Positions 1-9,231 of a stretch of DNA of 64,000 nucleotides are shown here, in pieces. The position numbers and the translations under genes are program-made. The DNA comes from a virus, in the IMG/VR virus record IMGVR_UViG_3300036985_004624, one strand, 5' to 3'. Each line of letters starts with the position of its first letter. The stretch's first letter is position 1. The notes below the pieces were generated by a model that was not told the DNA's origin, made no database searches, and worked only from the letters and a program-made list of their open reading frames with translations.

Positions 1-322
1 ACTCTACACCTAGTATTCTTACATTAACTGGTAAAATTAATAATAAGTCTTCTAGATCTTTTTCAGTTTCATATACAACTACTTCATCTACATTTCTATT
101 TGTAGCAAGTTGTATTTGTCTTTCCACGATACTTTGAACTGGTTTGTTCTTAATTCCTGGCCTGTCGATTGTCGGATCTGTCTGCAATCCTGCTATTAAA
201 TAGTCGCAATGATTTTTAGCTTCGCTCAACATTGCTATATGTCCAGCATGTAGTAAATCGAAGGTAGAGAAAACAATCCCTACCTTCATACCTTTTAGTT
301 CTTTACTTTTATTAAAGATCAT
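1..322 (-). CDS. TagD-like cytidylyltransferase (HIGH-motif nucleotidyltransferase), 3' end runs off the window
   Basis: Hand translation from ATG at 322: MIFNKSKELKGMKVGIVFSTFDLLHAGHIAMLSEAKNHCDYLIAGLQTDP...VERQIQL...VDEVVVY; FDLLHAGH motif. Not in the ORF track because it is truncated. Confidence 0.85.
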   Translation of the reverse strand, partial: MIFNKSKELKGMKVGIVFSTFDLLHAGHIAMLSEAKNHCDYLIAGLQTDPTIDRPGIKNKPVQSIVERQIQLATNRNVDEVVVYETEKDLEDLLLILPVNVRILGVE

Positions 323-333
323 ATAAGATATCC

Positions 334-1017
334 TTATCTCCGTGAATCTACCGGCACTAATCTCATAAATTCAGAACGAACGTGCGATTCATCTTTAAAA
401 CACCCGCCCAATTTACTTGTTACAGTACTCGATCCCACATCTTCCACGCCACGACTCTTAACACAAAAATGTTGAGCATGAATAACTACTCCGATATTAT
501 CTGTTTCAAGAATATATTGTAGTGCATGATAAATCTGCTCAGTTAGTCGCTCTTGGATTTGCGGCCTCTTACTAAAGTATTCAACGATCCGATTAATCTT
601 ACTAAGGCCCAGTACCTTTTGCTTAGGAATATAACCGACCGTTGCAACACCATCGATAACAACAAAGTGATGTTCGCAGTTAGATTGTACATTGATATTC
701 CTTTCAACGACCATTTCGTCGTATTTCATTTTATTATCTACAGTGGTGCATTTAGGAAATGCTTCGTAGTCAAGACCCCAGAAGATTTCGTTTACATACA
801 TTTTAGCGACACGCTTAGGTGTTTCTTCTAAACTATCATCGCTCAGGTCTAGCCCTAGCGTTTCCATGATAGCAGCGAAATGATGTTCGATCTTTTCTAT
901 TTTTTCTTTACGATCCATAAAATCAGATTCGCAGGGTGTTTCGACACCCATTCTAACTAGATGCTCGTGTACTTCCTGACCCAATCCCGGGTCGCATTTT
1001 GTTTTATTATATGACAT
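334..1017 (-). CDS. folE: GTP cyclohydrolase I
   Basis: ETPKRVAKMY, SNCEHHF, GLSKINRIV, RPQIQERLT, HFCVKSRGV motifs. Confidence 0.97.
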   Translation of the reverse strand: MSYNKTKCDPGLGQEVHEHLVRMGVETPCESDFMDRKEKIEKIEHHFAAIMETLGLDLSDDSLEETPKRVAKMYVNEIFWGLDYEAFPKCTTVDNKMKYDEMVVERNINVQSNCEHHFVVIDGVATVGYIPKQKVLGLSKINRIVEYFSKRPQIQERLTEQIYHALQYILETDNIGVVIHAQHFCVKSRGVEDVGSSTVTSKLGGCFKDESHVRSEFMRLVPVDSRR

Positions 1018-1083
1018 TGATAACCTTCCTTTATGATGGTTTGTTTTTGATTTGTGCTACCATTGTGTAGCATAGTTATTTAT

Positions 1084-1770
1084 CTAAACACCTAAGATGT
1101 GTTCTCTAAAAGCGGCAGTAGAAATTGGAACGATAGGTTCGATCAATTTCAACATAGCTTCAGCATAAACACGAATTTCGTATTGTGCATGAGAATGTAA
1201 TCTAAGTTTAAGGAAGTGAAATAAGTTATGTAAATCGCAAGTAGCAAACATATGACTATATGTTCCTACCGGTAGTACCGAACGTGCTAACTCACGAGGG
1301 CAACCATTTAATATTAACTTGCGATAATGGCTGAAGGAAGCTTCGCTAGATGATCTGATAATTTCGGCCACGCCTTCTGCATCCCGATGTTGTTCGTCTG
1401 TACGCATCTGCTTATTAGATGATGACTGAGTGGTAATTTGAGCTAGTTCCGGCACGTAGAATTCTTCTGGCAGCTCTGCATAACGAGCAGAAATTTCATT
1501 AAAACTCCAAGTACGATGTCTGTGCCATTGTCTAAATACAAAGATAGGTGCTTTTACATCAAATGTAAAAACGCAAGATTCAAACGGACTGGTATGTTTA
1601 TTTTTTAACAAGTAATGGAGCAATTTGGCATCTTTGCCATCGTCGTCACCTGCTCGCCATTCTGCATCGTAGGATACTCTGGCATTACGCACAATGGATA
1701 AGTCGCTACCCATGCTTTCGACCAATCGTACATGGCCATGATCTAAAACTTTAATAATATTATCTTGCAT
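1084..1770 (-). CDS. thyX: Flavin-dependent thymidylate synthase
   Basis: ARVSY, HTSPFE, RQWHRHRTWSFNEISARY, ELARSVLP, LRLHSHAQYEIR. Start placed at ATG 1770 behind AGGAGA (ORF track starts at 1818). Confidence 0.97.
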   Translation of the reverse strand: MQDNIIKVLDHGHVRLVESMGSDLSIVRNARVSYDAEWRAGDDDGKDAKLLHYLLKNKHTSPFESCVFTFDVKAPIFVFRQWHRHRTWSFNEISARYAELPEEFYVPELAQITTQSSSNKQMRTDEQHRDAEGVAEIIRSSSEASFSHYRKLILNGCPRELARSVLPVGTYSHMFATCDLHNLFHFLKLRLHSHAQYEIRVYAEAMLKLIEPIVPISTAAFREHILGV

Positions 1771-1814
1771 ATCTTCTCCTGATATGCAAATTGTATACGA
1801 AAATCTATCGAAAG

Positions 1815-2060
1815 TCAAAAGCCTTCAATTAATCGCCTAACAATATAATCTGCTTCTGTTATGTTCTCTATAAAATCTGTGTGACCCATACCTAATTCGG
1901 CCGGGCCGTCAGAACCCCATATCTCATATTTTTTATAATAATACTCGAACCACACATATTCGCCTTCCACGCACTGCTTTGGCAAAATTGCAAATCGTTT
2001 CTTATATGCGAAATAAGATTTTAAACCAGGTTCAAGTCGCCAATTACCACTGAACGACAT
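1815..2060 (-). CDS. Hypothetical phage protein
   Basis: 81-aa ORF in operon; KKRFAILP...YVWFEYY pattern typical of small phage proteins. Confidence 0.6.
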   Translation of the reverse strand: MSFSGNWRLEPGLKSYFAYKKRFAILPKQCVEGEYVWFEYYYKKYEIWGSDGPAELGMGHTDFIENITEADYIVRRLIEGF

Positions 2061-2065
2061 ATTAA

Positions 2066-2090
2066 ATAAGGGGCCGAAGCCCCTTTCCTA
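2066..2090. terminator. Probable intrinsic terminator
   Basis: AAGGGGC-CGAA-GCCCCTT hairpin (UUCG loop on the minus strand) after the cell wall hydrolase. Confidence 0.7.
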
Positions 2091-2627
2091 TTCTTTTGCT
2101 GGATACAATTTATAAAAATCGTGATTTCCAACTGACATTGTTTTAATCAACTCGTGTTTCCAAGCAGGATTACTTGTATGTGGATTATGGAAATGAGTTG
2201 CCCCATTTGTATTATCATCCACATTACCTCCAAGCACAGTAATCGCTACAATACTGGCAACCTGGAATTGATCTACTACTCGTTGATTAACTGTTCCATC
2301 TTTATTTCTCACAGGTATTTCTCTACCTTTCTTGTCATTTTCGCAATACCAGGAAAACGCACAGACAAGTCGTTTACTGATTCTTGATACAGCGGTTTGT
2401 TTAACCACTGCACAAACAGTATCCGGAAATCGCCCATCATTGGCGCGATTTAAGGTAACAGAAGCAACTGCAAATTGACCTCGGATATCTTCATTTCTTG
2501 CTTCATAATAGATATTCTCTGCCAAGCAATACGCTTGTTCAGGGTCTACCTTAGATGTGTCAACGTCTATACCGACGATGTTAGCTGTACTAATGAGATA
2601 CGCTAATAATAATTTAGCTGTAATCAT
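2088..2627 (-). CDS. SleB/Hydrolase_2-family cell wall hydrolase with N-terminal signal/anchor
   Basis: CLAENIYYEARNE, AVASVTLNR, FPDTVCAVVKQ, AFSW, GATHFH, GNHDFY. Start at ATG 2627 with GAGGT SD. Confidence 0.9.
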   Translation of the reverse strand: MITAKLLLAYLISTANIVGIDVDTSKVDPEQAYCLAENIYYEARNEDIRGQFAVASVTLNRANDGRFPDTVCAVVKQTAVSRISKRLVCAFSWYCENDKKGREIPVRNKDGTVNQRVVDQFQVASIVAITVLGGNVDDNTNGATHFHNPHTSNPAWKHELIKTMSVGNHDFYKLYPAKE

Positions 2628-3279
2628 TCTTACCTCGCGATTTATATATTCGCCCCTTCTTCCACTCGACTCCCGGCGATTCCTTTTGCATTTTACACAG
2701 TGTACCGTTGTTCCACCATAATACACCACGCGATAATCTCCCATTATACCACCCAGTGCCTGGACATTCCTTTGATCTCATCTCCGTTATTCCATCAGTC
2801 CAGTGTGGCAAATTCGATTTTAATCTGGCACTTCTTTTAATTCCGTTATTATCCTCTTCAGCTATAAGTCGTTTCTGTACTTCCGAAAATATTTTACCAG
2901 ATTCTTGTGTATGTTTCTTACCGCGCATCTTCATACGTGTCTCTTCTGTATGAATATACCCTTCCATAGACTTAATAAACATAATTCGTGCCTGTTCATA
3001 TGCTCGCGCAGTAATCTTGTATTTTCTTATTAATGTGCCGTGCATATTCTTCTGTGACATAAACCACAATCCCTGTGCTAATTTAGAATTGGTTGGATAA
3101 ATTTTGCATAATAGATAATGTGCTACATAATGCTCTCTGGCCGTAAGTATAGCAATATTTTCTCTATCGTTTGTACCCTTCATCGAAACAGGAATAATAT
3201 GGTGCCTCTCTGTATAATCGCTAATTTTACGATTCAGTGAACGATGTATTAAATCTGAATATATTTTTGTATAATTCAA
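2614..3279 (-). mobile_element. Free-standing HNH homing endonuclease with NUMOD3-type DNA-binding repeats
   Basis: YTERHHIIPVSMKGTND...LTAREHYVAHYLL HNH motif; HTEETRMKMRGKKHT; WTDG/WWNNG...GW-x-GR C-terminal repeats. Confidence 0.88.
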
Positions 3280-3334
3280 TACTCTCCCCTAATGCTCCCT
3301 CTAAACTCACAAGGGATAGTTATTTAGCAATAGT

Positions 3335-3364
3335 ATTATAGCATAAAGTACATTGTGAAGTCAA
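3335..3364 (-). promoter_or_regulatory. Sigma70-like early promoter
   Basis: TTGACT-18 nt-TATAAT on the minus strand. Confidence 0.6.
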
Positions 3365-3408
3365 ATCAAAAATTATGGATAAATAATGTAAATGAAAAAG
3401 GGTTTCTT

Positions 3409-5487
3409 ATGAAGTTATCACATGTCACAGAAAATGGTATTCCAACGGGAGATGAAGCTGCCGAAAGAGTCACTAAGTACTTACAATCAAGGAAACATCT
3501 AAAGGCGGCGCCGGCTGCACATGTAAGAAATCCGGGCAATAATGAATATCATAGGGAACAAGATCGGTCAGAACAAAGACGAAGGGACGAACTATCATCT
3601 ATAGAAGAATCTCCTGATATGCCTGAGCCGGGCGATAATATACGAACTAGAAAAACAAAGATGGAAGGTAAGGTTAAGAAAGTTAGTGGTGATATAGTCT
3701 TATTTCAATTGGTCGATGGTAGAATGATGAAGACATCTATTGGAAATGTTATAGTGATAGAAAAACTTGCAGACGAGGATGACGAGATCATGGAAGCAGG
3801 TTGGAAAAATGCAGTCGCTGCCGGTGCTATGGCATTAGGCTCATTAGGATCAGGTGGCGCACATGCCGGTGGCGTATCGCTTGACCACGGACAAGGTTTT
3901 CAACCACAAGATCAGGTTACATTAAATCAACGAGTTCAGCAGCAACAAAATCGGCAGGATCTCAGCAATTATAGCACAGAATATTTACAGAAAGCGGCCG
4001 ACCCCAATCGTTTCGGACGGTTTATGGTAAGTGTCGACAATGCTAAAGCAGAATTACAAGATAGAGAGAACGGCAAACAACAGACAGTTGCGGCGCCAAC
4101 CGCAGAAAAACAGTCAAGTGGGTATAGCACAGAATATTTACAGAAAGCTGCCGATCCGAAACGTTTTGGTAGATTTCTAATTAGTGTAGAAAAAGCACAG
4201 GAGTTATTAGATCAAATGAAAGAATCTTTCGAACTTAACGAAATATCAGACACAGTTATCAATAAATGGCAGAAGGAAAAACTTGGACCGCAAATGGATG
4301 CTGCAAAAGCAAGAGGCGATACAGAAGAGGAAGATCGGGTTTATGGTAAGATTATAAAATCTACAAAACATATGGGCGATAACTTCGAAAGAAGGGCAGC
4401 GCAGAAGGTGGCAGCACAGCAAGATGTTGAGGAAGGGAAGGCAGATTATAATTTTAGCATAGAAGACTTAAAACGCCTCGAACAAATTAGAGATCTTCCT
4501 ACATTAAAAGTTCAAGCGATGAACTTAATTAGTAAACCTAGCATTAAGCCGATGAAGCCGGAGAAGATCGAATGGTTCAAAAATTCGTTAGAAAGAATGA
4601 ATAGCCCGACAAAAGTTATTAAATTAATGTACGATCTATTATTAAGTGGCGAAGGTAATTCGGTTATAGGTACAAGATCTTCGATGAAGTCTAATGACTA
4701 TCGTCAACGATTCGGCGAGCAAGGTGTGGACGAAGAGCAAATTAATGAATTAGATCGCGAAACTGTGAAAAGATACGTACCAGCAAGAATAAATAAGGCA
4801 AAAGAATTAGCTCGAACAGACTTTGATAAGGCCGAAAGAGTCACACAACAAGATTTACCGCGTGCATTAGGTAAACTTAAAGATAAGTCATATGGTTACG
4901 CTGGAAAGGATATACTGTTCTATGCTAAATTATCTAATGGACAGAAAGTTTATGCCAGAATTAAAGATAAAGAGCAGTTAGGAGACTTACAACAACAATA
5001 TGCTGATGCAGAATGTAAGATGTTCGATTTTAATCGTCCCGATATACAAAAATGGTTGGAAGCACGCAGAATTAATCTGCGTAAATTCGAGCCAGGTATG
5101 GTTCAGACTATGGGTAACGTAACAGAAGGCGAAGAAATCAATAATCCTGCCGATACAGTAACAGTAGATGTACCTTTATTGATTCGGATCATGGAATACG
5201 CCAAAGAAGACGCAAAAACCGACTTAGATTTGCACAATGCAGCCGAGAAGTTAATCGAGTTAAGCCAGGAAGGCAGAACACTCACAATGGATGACTACGC
5301 AACCATGATTGGTGATGTAAATGAAGGTGGTATGGGTGGCATAAACCGGTCTGCACCTTCCAACGATGTGAGTTATCAGGATGTACTAGATGACTCAACA
5401 GATGAGTGGAGGGGTGATACTGTAAAGGTGAAGGAATCAATACCTTATTCAGTAAGACTTAAAACTTTCTTGAAAGATATCGATTAA
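3409..5487 (+). CDS. Large acidic modular late protein, probable internal head protein or polyprotein
   Basis: GATAAATA late motif at ~3378; start MKLSHVTE; duplicated module YSTEYLQKAADPxRFGRF; modules separated by hydrophobic-x-E motifs. Confidence 0.65.
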   Translation: MKLSHVTENGIPTGDEAAERVTKYLQSRKHLKAAPAAHVRNPGNNEYHREQDRSEQRRRDELSSIEESPDMPEPGDNIRTRKTKMEGKVKKVSGDIVLFQLVDGRMMKTSIGNVIVIEKLADEDDEIMEAGWKNAVAAGAMALGSLGSGGAHAGGVSLDHGQGFQPQDQVTLNQRVQQQQNRQDLSNYSTEYLQKAADPNRFGRFMVSVDNAKAELQDRENGKQQTVAAPTAEKQSSGYSTEYLQKAADPKRFGRFLISVEKAQELLDQMKESFELNEISDTVINKWQKEKLGPQMDAAKARGDTEEEDRVYGKIIKSTKHMGDNFERRAAQKVAAQQDVEEGKADYNFSIEDLKRLEQIRDLPTLKVQAMNLISKPSIKPMKPEKIEWFKNSLERMNSPTKVIKLMYDLLLSGEGNSVIGTRSSMKSNDYRQRFGEQGVDEEQINELDRETVKRYVPARINKAKELARTDFDKAERVTQQDLPRALGKLKDKSYGYAGKDILFYAKLSNGQKVYARIKDKEQLGDLQQQYADAECKMFDFNRPDIQKWLEARRINLRKFEPGMVQTMGNVTEGEEINNPADTVTVDVPLLIRIMEYAKEDAKTDLDLHNAAEKLIELSQEGRTLTMDDYATMIGDVNEGGMGGINRSAPSNDVSYQDVLDDSTDEWRGDTVKVKESIPYSVRLKTFLKDID

Positions 5488-5585
5488 GAACTTCGTTTTT
5501 GTGCTGGCCAATTTGGGCAGGCTTCACACGGCTGAAGAAGTTTCGTGAGAGAACATTCGATGCAACTCATCCAGAATACTTTCAT
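5484..5585 (-). CDS. 33-aa Cys-rich peptide (CxxC...CxxC)
   Basis: Hand translation MKVFWMSCIECSLTKLLQPCEACPNWPAQKRSS; ATGA overlap with the upstream gene stop. Confidence 0.45.
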   Translation of the reverse strand: MKVFWMSCIECSLTKLLQPCEACPNWPAQKRSS

Positions 5586-5767
5586 ACTGACTCCAGTTCA
5601 GCAATCTTCTTGCGATATTCTTTACAGCGGTCGCATAGATATCTAATCAAACCAGAAGAAAGTTCGATAGCTGAGTCTTTACCAAACTTCTCCTGCCACA
5701 TTTTCCAGAATTCCATCTCTTCCTCAAGTTCCGGTGTAAGTTCAAACTGGTGATGTAGTGTTTTCAT
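5582..5767 (-). CDS. Hypothetical protein
   Basis: Starts just after the nadV stop, GAGG SD. Confidence 0.55.
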   Translation of the reverse strand: MKTLHHQFELTPELEEEMEFWKMWQEKFGKDSAIELSSGLIRYLCDRCKEYRKKIAELESV

Positions 5768-5768
5768 A

Positions 5769-7211
5769 TTACTTCCTCGCGTTAGCGCGAACTTCGTCAA
5801 AGGTGATTTCCTTCACCAAGACACCATCACGATAGACTTCCGAGAGAGCCTCGACCCACGGGCCAATGCTCTTGTCAGCCCAACCACGGGGTTGTTCAAC
5901 AGCAGATTCAAACGAACCGCCGCTTTGCCAAAGAGTCACGCGACCCTTCTTGGATGCCTTGCCGTGATCAGTGATCGGATCCTTGAACACATCACGCCAT
6001 TCTACCCGAGACGGGGTGACAAATGTTGGATCATCGCTAAACTCTACATACTCACGAACACCGATCGCAGAACACTTCATTGCAAAACGCATTGTGTCAC
6101 GATTGACTTGTTGAAGCAGCGCACCACCTTGACCAAATGCCACATTGTCTGCACTGAATCCAGCAAGTTCCATACAGAACAAAATGCTGCGAATTGTAGC
6201 ATGATCAATGCCATCACCTTGGATAACGCGGACATTGTTTAATACACGGAATCCCTTGGCGTTCTTCACAGAACCGTAGTACTTTTCCAGAATGTAAAGA
6301 CACTTGGTGACCACTTCGCTTGGTTCACCAGAGTCAGGACGAATGACAACAACAGCGCCTGAGTCAAGCACGTCTTGTTTCAGTTCTGTGCCCCACATCT
6401 TGCAGGCATTGTAAATGTCGTATGAGTCCGAGACGAACGCAATCGGGGCGCCGGCCTTGCCGTGTGTTTTCAGCATGTTCCTGTAGGAATCTACTTCGTG
6501 GTCCTTGCCCCAGGATGTTACAGTAGAATGCTCCATAGCAGGTATGCTGAACCCAGCAATACCAGCATTATAAAACTCACCTGCGTACAATAACCCAGAT
6601 ATGTTGTCAGTTCCCATGAAGTTAATGAGGTGTGCTGCTCCACCCAATCCGGAACTTTCGAAGCTACTAACGCCACGGGCGCCAAAGTCGTGAAGCTTAA
6701 AATCAATAAGAGTAGGGTCACCAGTTTTCTCCAAGTAGTCAAGAATAATTTTCTTCGATTCGTAGCTGTTTGTAGCTACTGTGGTAGGATACCAGATTGC
6801 GCGCAGAATGGCCGTTTCCAGGAAGCTTGTGAGCCACCAGCACTTCGGGTCGGTGTTGACGATTGTTGCTAGGACGTTCTTAGTCGGAATGAGTGTACCT
6901 TCTGGGGCCGCTTTAATGACGACTGGAAGACGACCTTCGTGCGCCTCAAGAATATATTCCCACCCTTCACGATAAAACGGTTCACCGTGAGCAGTGATAA
7001 TGGCTTCTGCAACATCGATATCTTCCTTGGTGATCGGAGTAGTCAAATACTCCTTGATGAATGCCTGCAATCCGAAAAAGACTGTTTTGTTCCACTGACC
7101 GCCACGCGATTCAATGTAAGAATACACATATTCGGTATTTTTAGGGTATTGATTCCACTGAGAGAATTTATAACTGTCACTATTAAGTATCAGGTTGTGA
7201 GATAATTTCAT
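5769..7211 (-). CDS. nadV: Nicotinamide phosphoribosyltransferase (NAMPT)
   Basis: DSYKFSQ, LHDFGARG, SIPAMEHS, VSDSYD, IRPDSG, IQGDG, FGQGGALLQ, RDT..FAMK, KDPITD..KASKKG. Confidence 0.96.
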   Translation of the reverse strand: MKLSHNLILNSDSYKFSQWNQYPKNTEYVYSYIESRGGQWNKTVFFGLQAFIKEYLTTPITKEDIDVAEAIITAHGEPFYREGWEYILEAHEGRLPVVIKAAPEGTLIPTKNVLATIVNTDPKCWWLTSFLETAILRAIWYPTTVATNSYESKKIILDYLEKTGDPTLIDFKLHDFGARGVSSFESSGLGGAAHLINFMGTDNISGLLYAGEFYNAGIAGFSIPAMEHSTVTSWGKDHEVDSYRNMLKTHGKAGAPIAFVSDSYDIYNACKMWGTELKQDVLDSGAVVVIRPDSGEPSEVVTKCLYILEKYYGSVKNAKGFRVLNNVRVIQGDGIDHATIRSILFCMELAGFSADNVAFGQGGALLQQVNRDTMRFAMKCSAIGVREYVEFSDDPTFVTPSRVEWRDVFKDPITDHGKASKKGRVTLWQSGGSFESAVEQPRGWADKSIGPWVEALSEVYRDGVLVKEITFDEVRANARK

Positions 7212-7300
7212 AATAAAGTTCCTTTATTTAAATGCCTAACTCTATCGTCAGGACTTTTCTTACTATGACTTATTGTAGCAGAATTACTATTTTAAGTCAA
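7212..7300 (-). promoter_or_regulatory. Early promoter plus two-hairpin leader of nadV
   Basis: TTGACT-17-TACAAT (7300-7272); CCUGAC-GAUAGA-GUUAGG hairpin; AAUAAAG-GAA-CUUUAUU hairpin covering the SD and abutting the AUG. Confidence 0.7.
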
Positions 7301-8276
7301 TTTTTTTGGACAATACCAAATTCCCGCACGTAACTAATCCTTGTTCCTCGTCCATCGAAGGAACAAAAACTAACACATCGTAGCCTGCCAGTTTAAGTGA
7401 TTCCTCTACCGTCTTATACGGTAGATAGGAGTCATATCCGCCAACAGTTTTAATGTTGTTTTTCCTACATGCGTCATTATTATGAATCGGAGTAATCTTT
7501 ACCATAAATTTATTCGGATCAAAAAGACCCAATAGCTTATTAGCATCTATTTCGTAGTTAGTGCTATAAGCAAAATTCAAACAATATTTTCTGCCGATAG
7601 GATCAGGCAGTCGATTTCCAATATCGGATATTTCTTTAAGGGTTAGCTGCCCATACGCAAACATATCATTCCGTTGTTCCTCACTAGTTGAATTTATGCT
7701 CAACTGTAATCCTGCCTGGCCATTATATAGCTCATTTTTAATCTGGCACCATTCATTTAATCTCGCTTCATTGTGCTTAAACTTATTCGGTAACGAAGTA
7801 GTTAGAACAGGATGAATAACTTCGGTACGGAGATTTAACTCTTGCTGAATAATATGCTTGTTAGTAAATAACCATCTTGCGAAGTTGAAAACATGATCAT
7901 TAACAATAGGTTCGCCCATCCGAGCAAAATGAATATTCAACCGGTCAGTATAATGAACTTCGGGAAAACATTTTACTGCCTCATAAAACTGTAACTTAAG
8001 ATCGTCGAAGGATGCATTACCTTTAAATGGAATCTTTGGCACATCGCAAAATCGGCAGTTTTGGATACAACCATATTGCGTTGAGAGTGTGATCACCCAT
8101 TTTTCAGATAAGGGCAAACAATTGCCATTTGCAACTCCGTTGATTTCATTTGGAAATCCGAGAAAATCAGCTTTTATGTTTCGTGATTTTCCGTAGTCTC
8201 CGATGGATAATGTTTCGAGTTCGCCACGTAATCCATCGACTGTAAAAAGGTAGCCAGTTGGTATCTTATTTCTCAT
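7287..8276 (-). CDS. RlmN/Cfr-like radical SAM enzyme
   Basis: STQYGCIQNCRFC (CxxxCxxC), RMGEP, QLSINS, C-terminal TCGNL. Confidence 0.8.
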   Translation of the reverse strand: MRNKIPTGYLFTVDGLRGELETLSIGDYGKSRNIKADFLGFPNEINGVANGNCLPLSEKWVITLSTQYGCIQNCRFCDVPKIPFKGNASFDDLKLQFYEAVKCFPEVHYTDRLNIHFARMGEPIVNDHVFNFARWLFTNKHIIQQELNLRTEVIHPVLTTSLPNKFKHNEARLNEWCQIKNELYNGQAGLQLSINSTSEEQRNDMFAYGQLTLKEISDIGNRLPDPIGRKYCLNFAYSTNYEIDANKLLGLFDPNKFMVKITPIHNNDACRKNNIKTVGGYDSYLPYKTVEESLKLAGYDVLVFVPSMDEEQGLVTCGNLVLSKKIDLK

Positions 8277-9187
8277 TATACAATTCCCAATGTTGTACGA
8301 AGCATCGAGATAGTATCATCGTCGTATCGTATTCTAACCATTTTATATCCATTATCGTTTGCATATGATGTCTTAAATTCATCATTAGTCTTCATATCCT
8401 CCAGATCGTTACAACGATATCCTTCCTCATAATGTTGTTTGCCATCATATTCTAATAGAATATTATATTCAGGCAAATAAAAATCATATTTTAATTTACC
8501 TTTATTTCTAATGCAATTATGAAATGTTTTCTGGGTTGTATATTCGATATGATGTCTAATCAAAAAATTTCTAATTAAATTCTCTCCCTTTGATGAAGAA
8601 TTACAACTGGGACAGCCTACACCACGGCCGTGATCATTTGCTTGTTGTTTAAATATGCCGTGCTTGGGACAAATAATCCGAATTTTAGATGTTGCTCGCT
8701 TATAATCTTCGAAAACATAATTGTATCTATATGAATTTCCATGATGGGATATAGAATTCAATAAAAAATCGTTAATTAATATTTCTTTTGCTTCAGTTGC
8801 ACATTCGGGACACCCGCATCCGCTCAAATGATCGCTATATGATTGTTCAAAAACGCCATGTTTTCTACATATAATTTTTAATTTACTACCAGAGGTATAA
8901 TCAGCATCATTTAAGTAATATTCATATAATTCCCCGTGTTTATGGAGTATTTTACTCTTCATATATTCCCACCCCTTTGGACCAAACGGAGAACACGATC
9001 GACACCCGTATTTAGATGCCTTCATTAGGTGGAAGAATGACGTTTCAAATTCACCATGCTCAAAGCAAACAAAAGTTTCTTTATAATCTACACCACGAAA
9101 AATAAATGTAGGCAAGGTTGTAATTTTGTTACCATATTTTTCATATATTTCTGATACAGCAGATGATGTTGTTCGTTTCTTTTTCAT
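8276..9187 (-). mobile_element. Putative homing endonuclease (zinc-ribbon repeats plus C-terminal Vsr/PD-(D/E)XK-like nuclease)
   Basis: Three C-x-x-HG...H...GCxxC repeats; SKGE...YDFYLP...LLEYDGKQHY...D..K...IRY C-terminus. Confidence 0.82.
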
Positions 9188-9231
9188 AGAATATCTCCTA
9201 TATTGTATTTACCGATAATCATCGGAATAGA

